A stretch of DNA of 64,000 nucleotides from NCBI GenBank assembly GCA_010093605.1, contig MU004181.1, positions 1-64,000 of the forward strand, given 5' to 3'. This DNA is from Lophium mytilinum (taxonomy: Eukaryota). Each line of letters opens with the position of its first letter. The first letter of the stretch is position 1. The notes beneath the pieces are model-generated. The model worked only from the letters and a program-made list of their open reading frames with translations, was not told the origin of the DNA and made no database searches. Both the position numbers and the translations under genes were made by a program. Positions 24,992 through 38,042 of this stretch are shown here, piece by piece.

Positions 24992-27666
24992 TCACCTCTT
25001 CTTCGTTTTATCCTTCAATCGCTTTTCGGCCCTAGCATCCTTCTTCATCCTCGCATCAACCATCTTGTACTTACCCTTCGTACCCTTCGGCCTGCCCTTC
25101 AGGCCTCTGTTCCCGCCTTTAGCAACCACAACGGACACCTTTTGCTTCGGCTTCTTCTTCGCCGCCCTGCTCATCAAACGCGCAATGCTCTGCGCCTTCT
25201 CCTTCTCCGTCATCCCCTCCTCGTCTGCAAGCAATGCACTCTTCTTCTTCAGCTTTTCGAGCCGTTGCGCAGCCTTGAAGCGCTTTCGGTCCTTCGCCTC
25301 GCGGACTTTCTTGATCGGCCGGGCGTTCAGAGCACGCGTCTTTTCTTTGATAGCGGCGGCACCGGCGGCCGTGATGGGTCGATGCGGCTTTGAGTGCTTC
25401 CCTTCGTCATCGAGGAACCAATCCGGGAGCCCGTCGGTGTCGCGGAGGGCATACTTGTTGAACCCATCGTCGAGTAGGTCGTATTTGCTTTTTCTTCCAG
25501 AAGCGAGATCTTGCGCTAGTGTCATGGCTTCGGCGGTGATAATGTCAATATCCGGGCGGCCGTTCTTCATTGGTACGGCATCTTCATCCCAGGTGGAGTC
25601 GGTTCGTTTGACAGATTCAAAGCTACCCTTGGTTTCTTCGTCAGACCATTCATCTTCCGAGTCAGCATCCGAGTCTTGGGCAATTCCGTACGACGTTGAA
25701 GTGGCTTCACCTAGAGGTGTGCCGTTCGCGGTCTCCTTCCCGAGTCTGGGCTTTCCAACTTTCTCAGAAATTAGAGGCTTTGAGGATCGAAGGGGGATAT
25801 CCTCCGCATCAGCTTCGATATCGATTCCGCTATCTTCGTCCTCATCCTCCTCCATGTCGTCCAAGCCATCGATACCCTTGAAGATGTCTTGGTCGAAAAA
25901 CCTTTCTGCGCGTATGGTGAGAGTTCCTGGCTGGTTTTCTGGATTGAGATCGGTGACCAAAGACTTCCGCACCTCCTCCTCGTCACTATCGCTGGAATCG
26001 CTCGCTTCTTCTTCGATCATCTCTTCATCCTCGTCACTACCCTGCTCTTTGTCGGAGAAGCCATGCCATTCGGCATCTTCGTGCTGCTTCCTCGCTTTCT
26101 TCGCGCGATACTTTGCGTCGGATGAAGCTTTTCGTTCTTGATATTCGTTATACATTCCGTCAAGTTCACGTTCTAGCCGATCTTCCTCGTCATCAGTCGA
26201 CTCTTCTTCACTTTCTTCCTGCGGTTTCTCCTCTTCAACAACCTTCGTCATCCTACCCTTGGCAATCCGACCAAGCCCACCAGCCTTGTCGACGGTCTTC
26301 AGCATGAACATAGAGTCATCTCCGTTAGGCCCTTGCTGCTCCATACCAATCTCCATAGGTGTGGTCATGTGCATCTGTAGGCGGAAAATCTCTTTCTGTT
26401 TGCGCTCATTCTCGCGCCGCCGTTCTTTGCGCTTGATCTTGGAATCGCGTTCTTTGAGCCTTTCCATCTCCGCTTGTATTTTCAACTCCTCATCCATAGA
26501 CTCGACCTGGGCGACTTCTTCGTCCTCTTCTGCAGCTTTCTCCTTCTCCACCTTCTCCTTTTCAGACTTCTTGGAGGGAAATCCGAAGATGTCCCGTACC
26601 TTGAGGCGCCACTTGAGCAGTCTCTTGAAGTCGGCTCGTCCTAGAACTTTCAAATCGGCACAACATTCGCGAATCTCCTTTGTAGTTTCGGGCAGCTTGT
26701 CGATAGTGGCCAAGGCGATATCGCCATTGGGCTTCTGATCGAAGCTGAGCTTGTTAAGACCTCCGAGCATGGCGATCGGATCGGTTGTTTGGATGAAATC
26801 GGATAGGGGCACTTCTTTGAATTGTGTCCAGTCGTCCTCCTCGTAACCCTCCCTCTTCCTCTTCTTGATCTCGGGCTTGAAAACCTTAGCCTCATTGTTC
26901 GGGGCGGGAGCAGCGAGCTCGGCGAAGACGGAGCGAGGGTCGAGGAACTTGGGGTCGAGGTGTTTCGGCGCTTTGTAGCCACGGCATACGACGAAAATTT
27001 CGGCGGAGACGGATCGCGAGGAGGGAGGTTTCGTAGCTTCGACTTTGGTGAAAAGCTGGTTGAAAACCCAGAGCAGCGAATTGTAATCTTTGGACCTGAA
27101 GATTTTGGTGACAAATGTGCCGCCCTCGACCAAGAAGTCGGTTGCTAGTCGCAGAGACTGCAGCACCAGCTCGGCCTGGTTGAAGGAATCCTGTACCCAT
27201 GCGGTACCAACGTTGGGCGCACCATCGTGCAGCACAGTATCCGCCTTCCAGGTCTTCAAGTGTTGGCGGAGCGTCGCACGGCATTTATCGGTGGTAATAT
27301 CGGATTGGAAGGTAATGCAGCGGGGAATGGCCTTGATCGGGGCGAGGTCGACGCCGACGATGAGGGAGTTTACGGGCATGACTTCTGCGGCGACTTGACA
27401 CCATGACTGCGGGTGTTAGAATTGGAGCCTGAATAGGGACGAGGCGACATACTCCTGGCGCGGCGCAAAGATCTATCAAGACCTTGCTCTTTTCGAGGAA
27501 ATTGAATCGCTTGTTGAGCTGGATGAGCTTGAAGGCGGCGCGAGCACGGTAGCCCTTTTCCTTTGCGAGCTTGTACCATTTGTCGAGACGGCCTTTGCCG
27601 TGCTGTCGAGCATTAGCGGGAGTGAGTTGATTCAGTAGGGACACGCACTTTCTTCTGGATCGCCAT
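24992..27666 (-). CDS. SPB1: AdoMet-dependent 27S pre-rRNA 2'-O-methyltransferase Spb1; exons 27666-27649, 27602-27453, 27406-24992
   Basis: Spliced [61 protein letters not shown], and C-terminal [13 protein letters not shown]. Confidence 0.98.
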
Positions 27667-28375
27667 GGCTGGGAAGAATTGTCGTGGTGCTGGTGTGGGG
27701 GAGTTTTGAAAAGTTCGCGGTCGCAAGAAATTCGAAGGCGGTGGCAGAAAAGCTGCACAAGGCTTGGCATGCACATGCACATCCGGCTGCATAAGAGACA
27801 GCGAGCTTCCCAGAACACGAAGCTGTAGTCATGACGAAATTACTCAAGTCGATACAATATATTTTAGAAATGTTAACTCGGATGCTAGTGCTCCCAAAGT
27901 CCCTTGATATGATAGCTTGAATACTTATTCCAATTGTATCTGGTAATATGGACATAGAATACACTTGGTTGCCGCCGTCTGAGGTCCTCTGGCGCATTAT
28001 CAGATTCTCATAATTGAAAGCCTTGGCACACCTGCATCTTCGGGCTACATCAGACGGTGTCGGAGTATTCACCAGTGCGAACCTCTGGAGATGCACACGT
28101 TCGAAGGGTGAAGGTCAGCTGGGAAGTATTTCTGGCTAAACGGCCCACTCCCGCCCCCTAGCGCCACCAAGCTGGGCGGTTTAGTGGGCAGGACAAAAGC
28201 CTCATTCTGGCCAAAGCGCTCATGACGCTGTTGTCTGGTGGTCATGGAGGCCAACAACACCACCACCAAGGTATCCCTACTCAGCACCCCTCACCTGCGA
28301 TCCCTCTATGCTAAGCTTGAACTCACTCCACAGCGCCGCCACGACCTGACCGACCGCGCCCTCCTCGCCCTCTCT

Positions 28376-31207
28376 ATGAGCCCACGCAAGAAGTCCAAGC
28401 CGAACCACCAGGCCCCAGCCGCCGACCCCGACCAGGCTGAGCCCGAATCCGAATCGCCGCATGCGCCAGAGCAGCAGCAGGACACACCAGAATCGAGCGT
28501 GAACACAGACACCACCCTATCCAGCGCGCCGACGGTAGAAAGCCCGACCGTCGCCAGCAGCGCCGCGTCGACGTCCCCCTCCAATGCCTCGGGCAGGCAA
28601 TCACAAGGCAGGGCTTCCGGCCGCAAGTGGTATGGGGGCACGGGCAGCTGGCGGTCAAAGGCGCCTTTTGTAGCCCAGATTGCGAGGGCGAGTATTGCCT
28701 CTGCCGCAGGGACGACGTCTGAGGTGCCTGCTGATGAGGCCAAGAAGTCACTGCCAAACACGCCGGCGAAGCTGCTTTCCAAGAGGAAGTCGAGCAAAGG
28801 CGTGCCAACCGCGTCCATGACCAAGTTCAATGTCAATTCAACACACTCAGTAGACAAGACGAGCGGGGCGGACGCGGGTGGGGTGGAAAACGCGCAGGAG
28901 GATAGGGAACCGCCAAAGGACCGAGAGCCAGACCCTCCCTTACCGCCCGAGCCACTAAAGGTCGATACAACAGACAAGAAGGAAGAGCCCGACGCGAAGA
29001 GGCAGTCGGTCACTATCACAAACTGGAGGAGTTGGTGGTCGAGACCAGACGGCTACGCCGCGGACGCAAAGGTAACGGATAAACTGAAGGCTGAGGACAC
29101 GACCGAGGCACAGACAACACCACTTCCGGGAGCCACTCCCTCTGAGGATGTCGTCAACCAAAGCAAAATACTGGAGGACAGTCCCAATAAGCCTGCTGCG
29201 GACTTGCAGGCTGACGATAAACCGGTTCAGAACGAGAATGCCAAGTCTGCGGACGACAAACCTGATGCAACTGCGACCACCGCCGACAAAGGCACACAGA
29301 GCAGATCGTGGTTCGCATTCTGGAGCAGTACTCAAAATGCCCAGGCAAACCCTCCCCAGGAAGCGGCACCAGAACCCCTGAAAACGACGGCGACCGAAGA
29401 GGCACCATCTGAACCCACTGCGGATAAGGATGTGCAGATGTCCGAACCTCAGGAGCCCACCCCCGCGGCCAAAACCACGCCTCCGAAGTCAGCTGGATGG
29501 GCGTTCTGGTCTCGCGCAGAGCCAAGAGACAGCGAGCAGAACACCAAATCCACACACAAGCAAGTCGGAGAATTGGCCGTCGCGGATACACCCTCTCAAT
29601 CCCGTCCCGAAGCAGCGCAGTTCAACGAGCAGGAAACCTCACAGCAGAAAGAGACGCCAAAGACCCTGCGGGGTCGTCCGAAAGGGAGAGACTTGGCCAA
29701 AGACGCCAAAGCATCCGGATCCTCCGCCTCAACGCCTTCGAAAACGACACCCTCTCACAGCCCCTCGAGGGTCTTAGCAGCAGCCGCGCCGCAATCAGCA
29801 CCAAAGCAAGCCCTGAAAGCAAAACAAGAGCCTCCTAACCTTCTTCTTCCTGCTTTCAACCAAACCTATGGGCTTCTTCGTCAGCCCACCTACTGGCAAC
29901 AAATTCGCGAATACTTCCTCGGCAATGAATCCGCTACACCACATCTGCATATCGCACCATCGCCTCCCCGCATTAGGCGTGCCATCGCTATCGGTGTCCA
30001 CGGTTACTTCCCTGCGCCTCTCATACAAAAGGTCCTCGGCCAACCTACTGGGACTTCGATTCGCTTCGCCAACGCTGCGGCCGCTGCCATCTCAGAATGG
30101 ACGCAGCAGCGCGGGTACGAATGCGAGATTGAGAAAGTGGCGTTGGAAGGCGAAGGTTTCATCGCCGATCGGGTGACGACGCTCTGGAATCTCCTGCTGA
30201 ACTGGACTGAGCAGATCCGGAAAGCAGATTTCATTCTCGTCGCGTGTCATTCCCAGGGCGTGCCTGTTGCCATCATGCTAGTTGCCAAACTCATTCATTT
30301 CGGATGTATTAGTGCGGCAAGGGTCGGTATCTGCGCCATGGCTGGCGTGAATCTGGGTCCGTTTGGCGAATATCGAACTCGCTATCTGGGTGGTACAGCT
30401 GCAGAACTGTTCGAATTTTCGAGGCCGCAAAGCGTGGTTAGTCAGATGTATCTCGGCGCATTGGATGAGGTGCTCAGGGCAGGTGTGCGAATTGTCTACG
30501 TTGGCAGCATCGACGACCAACTTGTCTCGCTTGAAGTATGCCCCTCCGTGCTCGCGTCGCCGTATACTACTGACCCTCTTTAGTCATCAACATTTACACC
30601 TCTCTCCCACCCCTACATCTATCGTGCCGTTTTCGTCGACGGCCGCATCCACGCGCCAGATTTCCTGACCCATTTGGTCGGCTTCGCAATGAAGCTTCGC
30701 AACCTCGGTTTGCCTGATCACGGCCTCATCCGTGAGCTATCACCGGCACTAGCCGGTTCCCTCTACTCGGGCGAAGGGCACTCCCGCATCTATGAGGACC
30801 CACGAGTTTACTCCCTCGCCGTCTCCCACGCCCTGGAAACGACATCGATACCCCACCACCCTTCTGCTTCCCAACGGCCTACGACCTCAGCTGGGCTCCC
30901 TCAAGCCACTCCGTCTACCCCTACTGCCTCGCAAAAGAGCAAATTCGAGCCCCTCGGACGGCTGGGGAGGGAGAGAGAGGATCCACTGGCGCTGAAGTTC
31001 AAAGATTATGAGTCTCCAGCGGGAAAAGAGCAGAATCCCTACTTTCTACCATGGGCTATGCGGGGATTGCTAGAGGAAGAGTTCGTGAAGCGTGAGCTTG
31101 GAGATGAGGTCCAGGAGCTGTTAGATATGTTCGAAGAGTGGAAACCGCAGTCTAAGGCACTGCGCGACGTCAAGTTTAGACTCGAGGTGGTTCGGAGTAG
31201 ACTTTGA
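28376..31207 (+). CDS. YML020W-like protein: disordered N-terminus plus alpha/beta-hydrolase-like domain; exons 28376-30535, 30584-31207
   Basis: AIAIGVHGYFP...GQPTGTS, nucleophile-like ACHSQG, GSIDDQLV, SDHG-like PDHGL, GHSRIY, and NPYFLPWAMRG. Confidence 0.88.
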
Positions 31208-31750
31208 TTAGGCACAGCAGCGACGGAGCAGGCGTAATGATCTTGGGCACGCAGTGAAGGCGTTAGTTCTTTAGGCGTTTGGCATCCCGTGTACACTTAA
31301 GATGGGATTTGGATTCCGGCTGCGGACGGTGTTGATGGGTCGGGCGCAGGCAGATAGCACGATACCGTAGATATTATTTCACGCTTTCTTTATTATTATG
31401 TCTTGATCCGTCATGGCGCAACGCTCCGACACCGTTAGAGGTGGCCCGCAAAGCCATCCGCGTCGTGAACATTGTTCTTTTCTGATTATTTATAACGTAC
31501 CAAAGGTCTTCAAGCGGTGGCAGACGGATGTCCAGACGACCACCAGACCACACGAGATGAATGCCTACTGAGTCTACCGTTTCTTTCACGCCCAGTATGA
31601 GGTCATATTCTTTCATATTCTCGTATGAACCTGTGGATCCCGTTCAATGCCTTTCCCTCTGACTCGACCTTGCCACCGTCAGACTGCCCTTGCCACCTCT
31701 TGCACACTGCCAAACACCTGCAACACCTGGCCAGATTCTCACGCACATGC

Positions 31751-32232
31751 CTATTCGTAGAAGATCTCCTTATACTTGTGCGTTGCATCCACAACCGCAT
31801 TCGCAGCATCGAAGTCTACGCACGGATTCATCAGCCCCTCTCACACAGATCCTTACGCGAGGCAACATACCAATGCCCTGTCCCATATCCGTGCTCGAAA
31901 ACACCCTGACCTCCAGATTCGAGTCCACCTTCCCAATGATCTCGACCGCGTTGCCGACGGAGAGATGGCAGTCCTGCGCGAACGTTAGCGTCGCATCCTT
32001 CACCGGACACTCTCCCAGCAGGGTGAACGCGCCATTCACTCGCAGCGCTGTGGGGGAGTAAGGCAGGGAGACAGCTTACCCGGTTCGTCTTCAGGTCCAA
32101 CGTCACCCGCCCGCCAGCGTCAATGAACGCAGTCTCGCCCGCTAGCTGCACCACTTTGCCTAGGATGCGCACGGTTTGGCCTTGGAATTGCGACAGGTAA
32201 GGCGCTAGGATACGGGGAGTGGCTTCGGTCAT
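31751..32232 (-). CDS. ssb3: Replication protein A subunit 3 (RPA14); exons 32232-32080, 31973-31871, 31815-31751
   Basis: Spliced MTEATPRILAPYLSQFQGQTVRILGKV...DCHLSVGNAVEIIGKV...DFDAANAVVDATHKYKEIFYE. Both introns are canonical. Confidence 0.93.
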
Positions 32233-33628
32233 CGTGACTACCGTGAGAAGCACAAATTCGATGGGTTCGTTTAAGGGAGGATAGAATTAGATGGTGTTGG
32301 GGTTTGCTGGTGTTGGAGGTGGGAGAGGCGCGTTGATGTTGGTTTTGCGATTTCGCGTCGGCACGTGAGGCGGGGAGGGTGGGCCGTGATTGGCTGGATT
32401 GTGTTGCGATGGTCGACACCGTTTGGGAACCACGAAGTGTGGCAGCACATTAGAGCGTTGTCTGAGGTGGCCGAATGAGTTCTTAGCTTGCTCGAAACCT
32501 TCATTTTAGGTTCGGTATTGAATTCCTAGAGTAGGCCCAAGAACCTCAAACAGTGCTCTGTGATTCCCTGGAGGTGTCTTGGTGGATGGACCTGATTTGA
32601 GATTTGCTGGAATGGTATCCATCGAATAGGCAGTGGAATCGGTCATGGACTAAAGCGTTGTTTGTACGCCGAAGAAACTCAGACAAGGGCAACTGCCCTC
32701 ATTTTGTTCTCCATTTCTCCGGGTTCATGGCCACATCGACGTCTATCTGAGATGGTAGATTTCCTTGGGTGCACTGGAGCGCCCCGAGCAAAATGAAGTG
32801 AAAATCAAGTTCTTATATCTTTACGGGGCCTTTGAACGATTCAACCTCTTTCCAATTTTTTTTTGGCAGATTGAAGCAGCCGGAGGAGCAGTATCGTCAA
32901 GACATGAGTAGCGGGCCATGAAGTCGTTGATGCATTGGGAAGAGATTGAAACAGATACGCTTCGCAGACAATCTCGAAAGCTTCGGGCGATGTTCGATTT
33001 GTCGCTAGAGGAAATGTTCTAATTATGATCTCCTTACTGCTTAGCTTAGTCCTGCTCACTTAATACCACTGTCGAGGTAGCCTAGCGGCTACACAACCAA
33101 TTAGTCAAAAGATGGTGTAATCTGCGATGCTTACACCTTACAATCGCGCTTGCAACTTCGAAATCCTCTCTGGGTACTCCAAGAGGTGGTAAACCAGTGT
33201 GCCCAAATTGTGGCCTATTGCTTTACCAGCCGCCACTACAGAGCGGCGGGTCTTAAGGATAGTTAGTCCAACAGAGGTTTAATACTGTTTGAGGTGGCCC
33301 AGAGGGCTATCAGCTGTGTCAAATTTGACATTTTCGAGATTTCGATAACGTGCCAGAGGACCTCAAGCAGTGGCAGGCAAGTGCACAAAAGCCTAGAATT
33401 AGTGTATATCTCAAGGATGCAAGGCTTTAAGACTGAAAAAGGGCATAGAAACGTGCACATGACATCTGAATCGTCGCGGGAGAATGCAGCGTCTTGGAAT
33501 CCCTCGACCACGTAACCGGCCGAGCAGATGCATTGAAGAATTGGCTATGAATCGTACTTCTCGGAGAGTGACATCTCATCACGCTTTTCGGAAGCTGTGC
33601 AGCCACCTCATACATCGTCATCCCCATT

Positions 33629-35326
33629 TCACCAGCCCAATACTCCCACCTCAGTCTGCATCCATGCAACGCCCTCCGCTACCGCTTCTTCTCCCTCAAA
33701 CAACCACCCCGTCAGATCCCTCCGCCTCTCTGGCTCCGGCACATCCACGCCATGTCCACACCACGCCCAGCTACGGATACCCCCATTGTTCTCGAAGAAT
33801 TCCGCCAACTCACGGCAGCTCTCCTCATCACCGAAACACATCGCGTCCACGCCGTCTAGTTCAAACAGCTCCTCTCCGTGTCCCCCATTTGTCTGCACCA
33901 CGCACACCGCCTGCCAATACAGGTGATCAAGCGCCGTGCAGCCCCCCAGCGTGCCAAAGAAGTCCCGCAACGATCGGCTTGAACGGACGAGTTGTGCACC
34001 ATGGAACACCAGGCTCGTGAGCGTGCCTGCGTAGCGTGTCAGGATACCCTCAACCGCATTGATATGCAGAAGTATGTTAGTAAGGCCCACACCGCGTAGG
34101 TGCGTAGCGGAAAAGGTGCGGGCCCAGGGCTCGTGCGGCGAGATGTGACTATTATACCAAGGAGGATCTACGTTTGGGGTCGGGCCGCCTAGGTATAAGA
34201 TCTCCAGGTTGGGTGCGGATTTCCAGAGGCGGCGTAGCAAGAAATAGACCGGTTTGTGCGTAACTTCTGGAAGTCTACCAGACGCCCAGTGGCGGATTTC
34301 GCGCAGTTTGAGGCAAGGGGTTTGGGCAGATAGAGTACCACGGGCGTCGTCCCATATGTGCGTCATGGTGAAGCTTTTCGCGCATGGTGGTACGTCGTAG
34401 TAGTGAAGAAGTTGCAGAACGTGGTCTTTGTCGACGGCTATTACTGTGAGGGCCCGGACGAACATGTTGAGGTGAATACATTGACCAATGCGCGCGGGCT
34501 TTCGGCACTTGTTGCAGTGCTGAAGGTTCACAAAGGTGTCTGGAAGAGGGCGGTCATTGGTGGTCGCTCTTTGCACCCCGTCTACGAACAGAGAAGGGTC
34601 GGATCTGTAGCCATTCTTCTTTGTGACGTCACGGAGTAGAGGTGGGAAAGAGTCCTCGAAATCGTCGCCATTCGGATTCGGGTTTGCGAGCTCATTAGCA
34701 GATGTGATGAGCTCCTGGCCGTTGGAAGAATTCCTGGGGACATCTTCAAAGTTGATGTATTCTAGTTCAGGCAGCTTCTGTAAGCTGATAAGGAGCAGGG
34801 CCTGGTCCACAGCACGCTTTCCCAGCTCCATCGGAGTGTGATTGAAGTGTTGTGCCCATCTTCCCTCTCCATGTCTTGTAGCCGCTTCACCGTAGATCTC
34901 ACTTGCCCATAGAAACGAGCAATCTCTGATAGAGAGAGTGACCGTGTGGACTCGTCGTGCAAACTCAGGAAAGTTCACCAGCTCGACCAAAGAGTCCAGA
35001 CCGCGTCTAGACGTCGGCGAGAGACTTATCCGCTTTTCCTTGAGATGGCGATGGTTTAGATGGAACAGAGTCTTTAGGTGGATAGTTTTACAGGCCGAAC
35101 GAAAGGCTAGGAAGTCATTTCGCTCAAGAAACGTCGAGATACTGTCTAAGATCTCTCCTGGGCAGTCGAGCAACCACGCCTTCTTGACATAAGTGTAGAC
35201 GGCTGTCAGGTGGGGTCTGAGAAGGATGAGTTTTGTCGACGTAGCGGGAGGAAAGTCTTGTCGTTGTCGTTTTGAGGCGCTGGCGCTAGTAGTGGCCGAC
35301 GAGAGCCTACGCTTCAGAGGCTCCAT
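33629..35326 (-). CDS. F-box-like protein with internal CxxC-CxH motif and LRR-like C-terminus (intact paralog)
   Basis: LLDCPGEILDSISTFLERNDFLAFRSACKTI (F-box-like), HCNKCRK...QCIH, and APNLEILYL. Probable start MEPLKRR at 35326 inside ORF 33629-35485. Confidence 0.82.
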   Translation of the reverse strand: MEPLKRRLSSATTSASASKRQRQDFPPATSTKLILLRPHLTAVYTYVKKAWLLDCPGEILDSISTFLERNDFLAFRSACKTIHLKTLFHLNHRHLKEKRISLSPTSRRGLDSLVELVNFPEFARRVHTVTLSIRDCSFLWASEIYGEAATRHGEGRWAQHFNHTPMELGKRAVDQALLLISLQKLPELEYINFEDVPRNSSNGQELITSANELANPNPNGDDFEDSFPPLLRDVTKKNGYRSDPSLFVDGVQRATTNDRPLPDTFVNLQHCNKCRKPARIGQCIHLNMFVRALTVIAVDKDHVLQLLHYYDVPPCAKSFTMTHIWDDARGTLSAQTPCLKLREIRHWASGRLPEVTHKPVYFLLRRLWKSAPNLEILYLGGPTPNVDPPWYNSHISPHEPWARTFSATHLRGVGLTNILLHINAVEGILTRYAGTLTSLVFHGAQLVRSSRSLRDFFGTLGGCTALDHLYWQAVCVVQTNGGHGEELFELDGVDAMCFGDEESCRELAEFFENNGGIRSWAWCGHGVDVPEPERRRDLTGWLFEGEEAVAEGVAWMQTEVGVLGW

Positions 35327-35624
35327 AGCAGCTCCGTCAAGGTACTCCGGGCCCAGTTGAAGCAACCAATCTGTGGCCTCGATGTCTGTTATGCGTTGCA
35401 ACACGTCTATCGTCGTGGTACGAAAGGGTCTCGAAGTGTATGCTGAGGTGGGGCTGATTGAAATTCTGCAACCAAGATTCATCAAAGGTTGGATTGACGC
35501 TAGTCATATTGTGAATTTGGTGACCCGAAAAGCACGTCTAACTTGCTACAACGTCTCTGACACCCCACTACATAACATCACCAGTTATCCGTCTATGCCA
35601 CTGTCAATACCACAAGCAACCACA

Positions 35625-36836
35625 ATGGAGTTCAACATGGCCCCAGACTGGCGAACTCGGCCAGCTCTTCCCATGAGGCCGGCCCCTCCCCCTGACTACT
35701 ACTGGCCACCGAAGAGCGAAGAGGAGGTCGCCGCCGCCGACATGGCACTCCAATCACCCAACCAAGTGCTACCATTTACCCTTCCTCCTCGTCCTCGTTT
35801 CGAGCCCTTCACGAATGGAACTTTTTCCTCACAAGGGCAAATTATCCTCTATAGGCAGCATCTGACATCAATTCACGCATATGTCCGGCGACCGTGGATT
35901 CTCGAATGCCCCGGGGAGTTGATAGATCTGATTGCTAAGTTCCTTCCGCGAAATGATTTCCTATCGTTTCGCGGGTTATGCAAGAGCATCCATGAAAAGA
36001 GTCTTCACCACTTGAGAAACACGCATCTGATTGAAAAAAGAGTCGTCCTAGCTTCTAGCTCTCGCGCGGGGCTGAACTCCCTGATCGATCTGCTCTACCA
36101 CCCGCAGTTTGCTTCTCTTGTTCGTAAAGTTACCATTCATATCGAGGATTCTTCGTTCATTTGGGCCAACAACCTATCGGCTGTCGGTAAATACGGGAAC
36201 GGGAACCTCGATCGTTGGATGCAACATTTCAACCACCCACGCCTCGAACCGGAGCAGCGCTTTGTGGACCTTGTGCTACTTTTGAGGTGTTTGCAAAAGC
36301 TACCGGGACTGGAGACAATCAACATTACCGACATTCGCTCGGGCTGGGTTCATGACGGCATCGAAAATGCGAAGAAACATTCGGAGTTTCTGATATCTGC
36401 GACGACGCGGCAGATCGAAGCGGATGGGGGTATTTATGCATGTCCGCTCCTCCTGGGCACTGATGGAGTTCGTTACTCAGTTGCGAACTTCTGCAAGAAA
36501 TGCAACCGCTTGATTGAGGTCCCTCAATGCTTTCACTTTCACGCCATCGTGGACGCATTACTCACACTCTCCCGCACCCAAATAGATGTCTGCACGAACC
36601 TGGGCCAATACGACATTCCCCGGAGCTTTGTCAATGTGCTCGTCAAAGATCTTAAGAAAGGGACCTTACGCGTTCCGTATCAACCCTGTTTGCCTGCTCT
36701 CCGAGAAATATCCTTTGGGGCCTATCAGATGGGTATACTCTACGGACTGGCCTACTACAATCTGTTAACCGGCCTTTGGCAGGCATCACCGAAACTTCAA
36801 AGACTCACTATCCAGAGTTTAGTTCCCGGGTTCTGA
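35625..36836 (+). pseudogene. F-box-like paralog A, C-terminally truncated
   Basis: ILECPGELIDLIAKFLPRNDFLSFRGLCKSI and FCKKC...QCFH. Colinear with the 33629-35326 gene but stops just after SPKLQRLTI. Confidence 0.7.
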
Positions 36837-38042
36837 AAATTACGATCCACATTGCGGATGGCCCATACCTATGGGCTGATGCAATCGAGCCCTCCCGTGC
36901 AGGCTGTGGGGACCCAGGCCTTACCCAGGCGGGAGGCTTGTGGACACAGCACTGCAAATATCTCTGGCTCTCTAAAGGGCAGCGCGCTGTAGACCTTGGA
37001 ATACTGCTGGCTTGCCTTCACAAGCTTCCAGCCCTAGAGGAGACTGAGTTTGCCGACATTCCTTATGGCTGGACAGCCGAGTCGTACGAGGAGACCGTTC
37101 ATAGCATGAAGCATCTGGAAATGGCCCATCCTAAAGATGCCCCAATTAATCCCGACCCGACAGTTCTCTGGCTAAATGCGCAATATTGCAGTAAGTGCAA
37201 ACGACCCCCCTTCGATCCCTCCGGGGCCCGGGGAGACGACAAATGCGTCCATGACAAAGCGTTTCTAGAATCCCTTGTCAAGATTGCGCGCAATGAAGCA
37301 GACATCTACTGGTCTGTTGGGTACTACAGTTTGCCTTGATGTATTGCCGGTCATGTCATTACCAATACAGAGGCCGCAAAACTCACACTTCCTCAAAACA
37401 AGGCGTTGCCACACCAGCGCAAGATTTCCGTCGCAACGCACGTAAATGTGACCTCTTCACCATCAGGGGAGATACAATATCTTACACGCGGTGTTAAAGT
37501 CGGCAACAAACCTCCAGAGCCTTAGCGTCGACGGCTCGGACGTGACTTTCCCTTTGTACGCTCGGAATTCCTGCATTCCCACGGCAAGACTACTGCCCAC
37601 CAAGGTCCTAGCTTCGCTGACTTTGCAGAGGCTTACCGTCGATGTCGGTAAACTTCAGGGTATAATTGACAATCGCAGTCCCACTTTGTCAAGGGTTTCA
37701 TTGGAGGGCATCTATATTACCATCGAGTCGTGGACTGCGCCTCTCAGATCGCTTTTAGCATGCCAAAAGCTAAAGGAGGTGTACATCTACGCACCTGCAA
37801 GAATGACAACGCTGGAAACAGCAGCCCTCGTCGTATTTGGGGAATCTGAATCGCGGGGAGAATTGAGAGCGGCCATTTCCCGTCCCCAAGCGGATTTATT
37901 CAAGATATGGAGGTTCGGAGAGATACTGGCACCGGAGCCAGATCGGAATAGGGATTTAGTCGGCTGGAGACTTAGTGAGTCGAATGTGGAAGTAGGGGTG
38001 ATGTGGATGATACAGAATGAACAGTATCTCAGGGTTAATTAG
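36806..38042 (+). pseudogene. F-box-like paralog B, 5'-truncated, with a premature stop (37337-37339) and a frameshift (~37490)
   Basis: HYPEFSSRVLKITIHI...QRAVDLGILLACLHKLPALE repeats the middle of paralog A. The C-terminal APEPDRNRDLVGW matches VPEPERRRDLTGW of the intact gene. Confidence 0.75.

Noticed and set aside
24972..26738. Long plus-strand ORFs (389 aa, 159 aa)
   Set aside because: Antisense shadows of SPB1.
28306..29591. Minus-strand ORFs of 126-237 aa
   Set aside because: Antisense shadows of the GC-rich YML020W-like gene.
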